Below are positions 63,960-64,000 of a stretch of DNA of 64,000 nt, piece after piece (positions within the stretch are counted from its first letter, which is position 1; each line of letters begins with the position of its first letter). The position numbers and the translations under genes were made by a program. This DNA comes from Candidatus Hydrogenedentota bacterium (GTDB taxonomy: Bacteria > Hydrogenedentota > Hydrogenedentia > Hydrogenedentales > SLHB01): positions 96,001-160,000 of the forward strand of contig CAVUWV010000013.1 of assembly GCA_963745075.1 (NCBI GenBank). Reading direction: 5' to 3'. The notes under the pieces are model-generated. The model did no database searches, was not told the origin of the DNA, and saw nothing but the letters and a program-made list of their open reading frames with translations.

Positions 63960-64000
63960 CCCCGGGATTTATCGTGGACCGTCGGGACGAACTCTCGGAA

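Overview
High-GC (roughly 60% by eye) bacterial chromosomal window; the lineage is tentatively Hydrogenedentota/PVC-like, which is an impression and was not tested. It is mostly core metabolism: pyrD-pyrF-pyrE, rplM-rpsI, PMM/PGM, a PurH IMP-cyclohydrolase half gene, purD, purC, purF, dxs, acyl-CoA ligase, mgtE and tex. It also carries many carbohydrate-active genes (two GH4, GH51, GH127, GH2, two BNR/sialidase-like proteins, DUF1080, two CgeB-like glycosyltransferases) and signalling genes (active DICT-GAF-GGDEF, degenerate REC-GGDEF, PAS kinase, Ser/Thr kinase). I found no rRNA, tRNA or CRISPR array. Seven genes are broken by nine frameshifts, each repaired by removing one base, which points to sequencing error. 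The most unusual part is a ~6.6 kb island between the rpsI terminator and the PMM gene (11925-18495). It holds cargo genes for exported proteins separated by three directly repeated long palindromic elements with 13-bp minisatellite tails, a duplicated sigma70-like promoter, an unannotated remnant resembling the C-terminus of a RAYT/Y1 (HUH) transposase, and two other REP-like palindrome families. Together these suggest a cassette-like array built around HUH-transposase-related repeats; that reading is inference.
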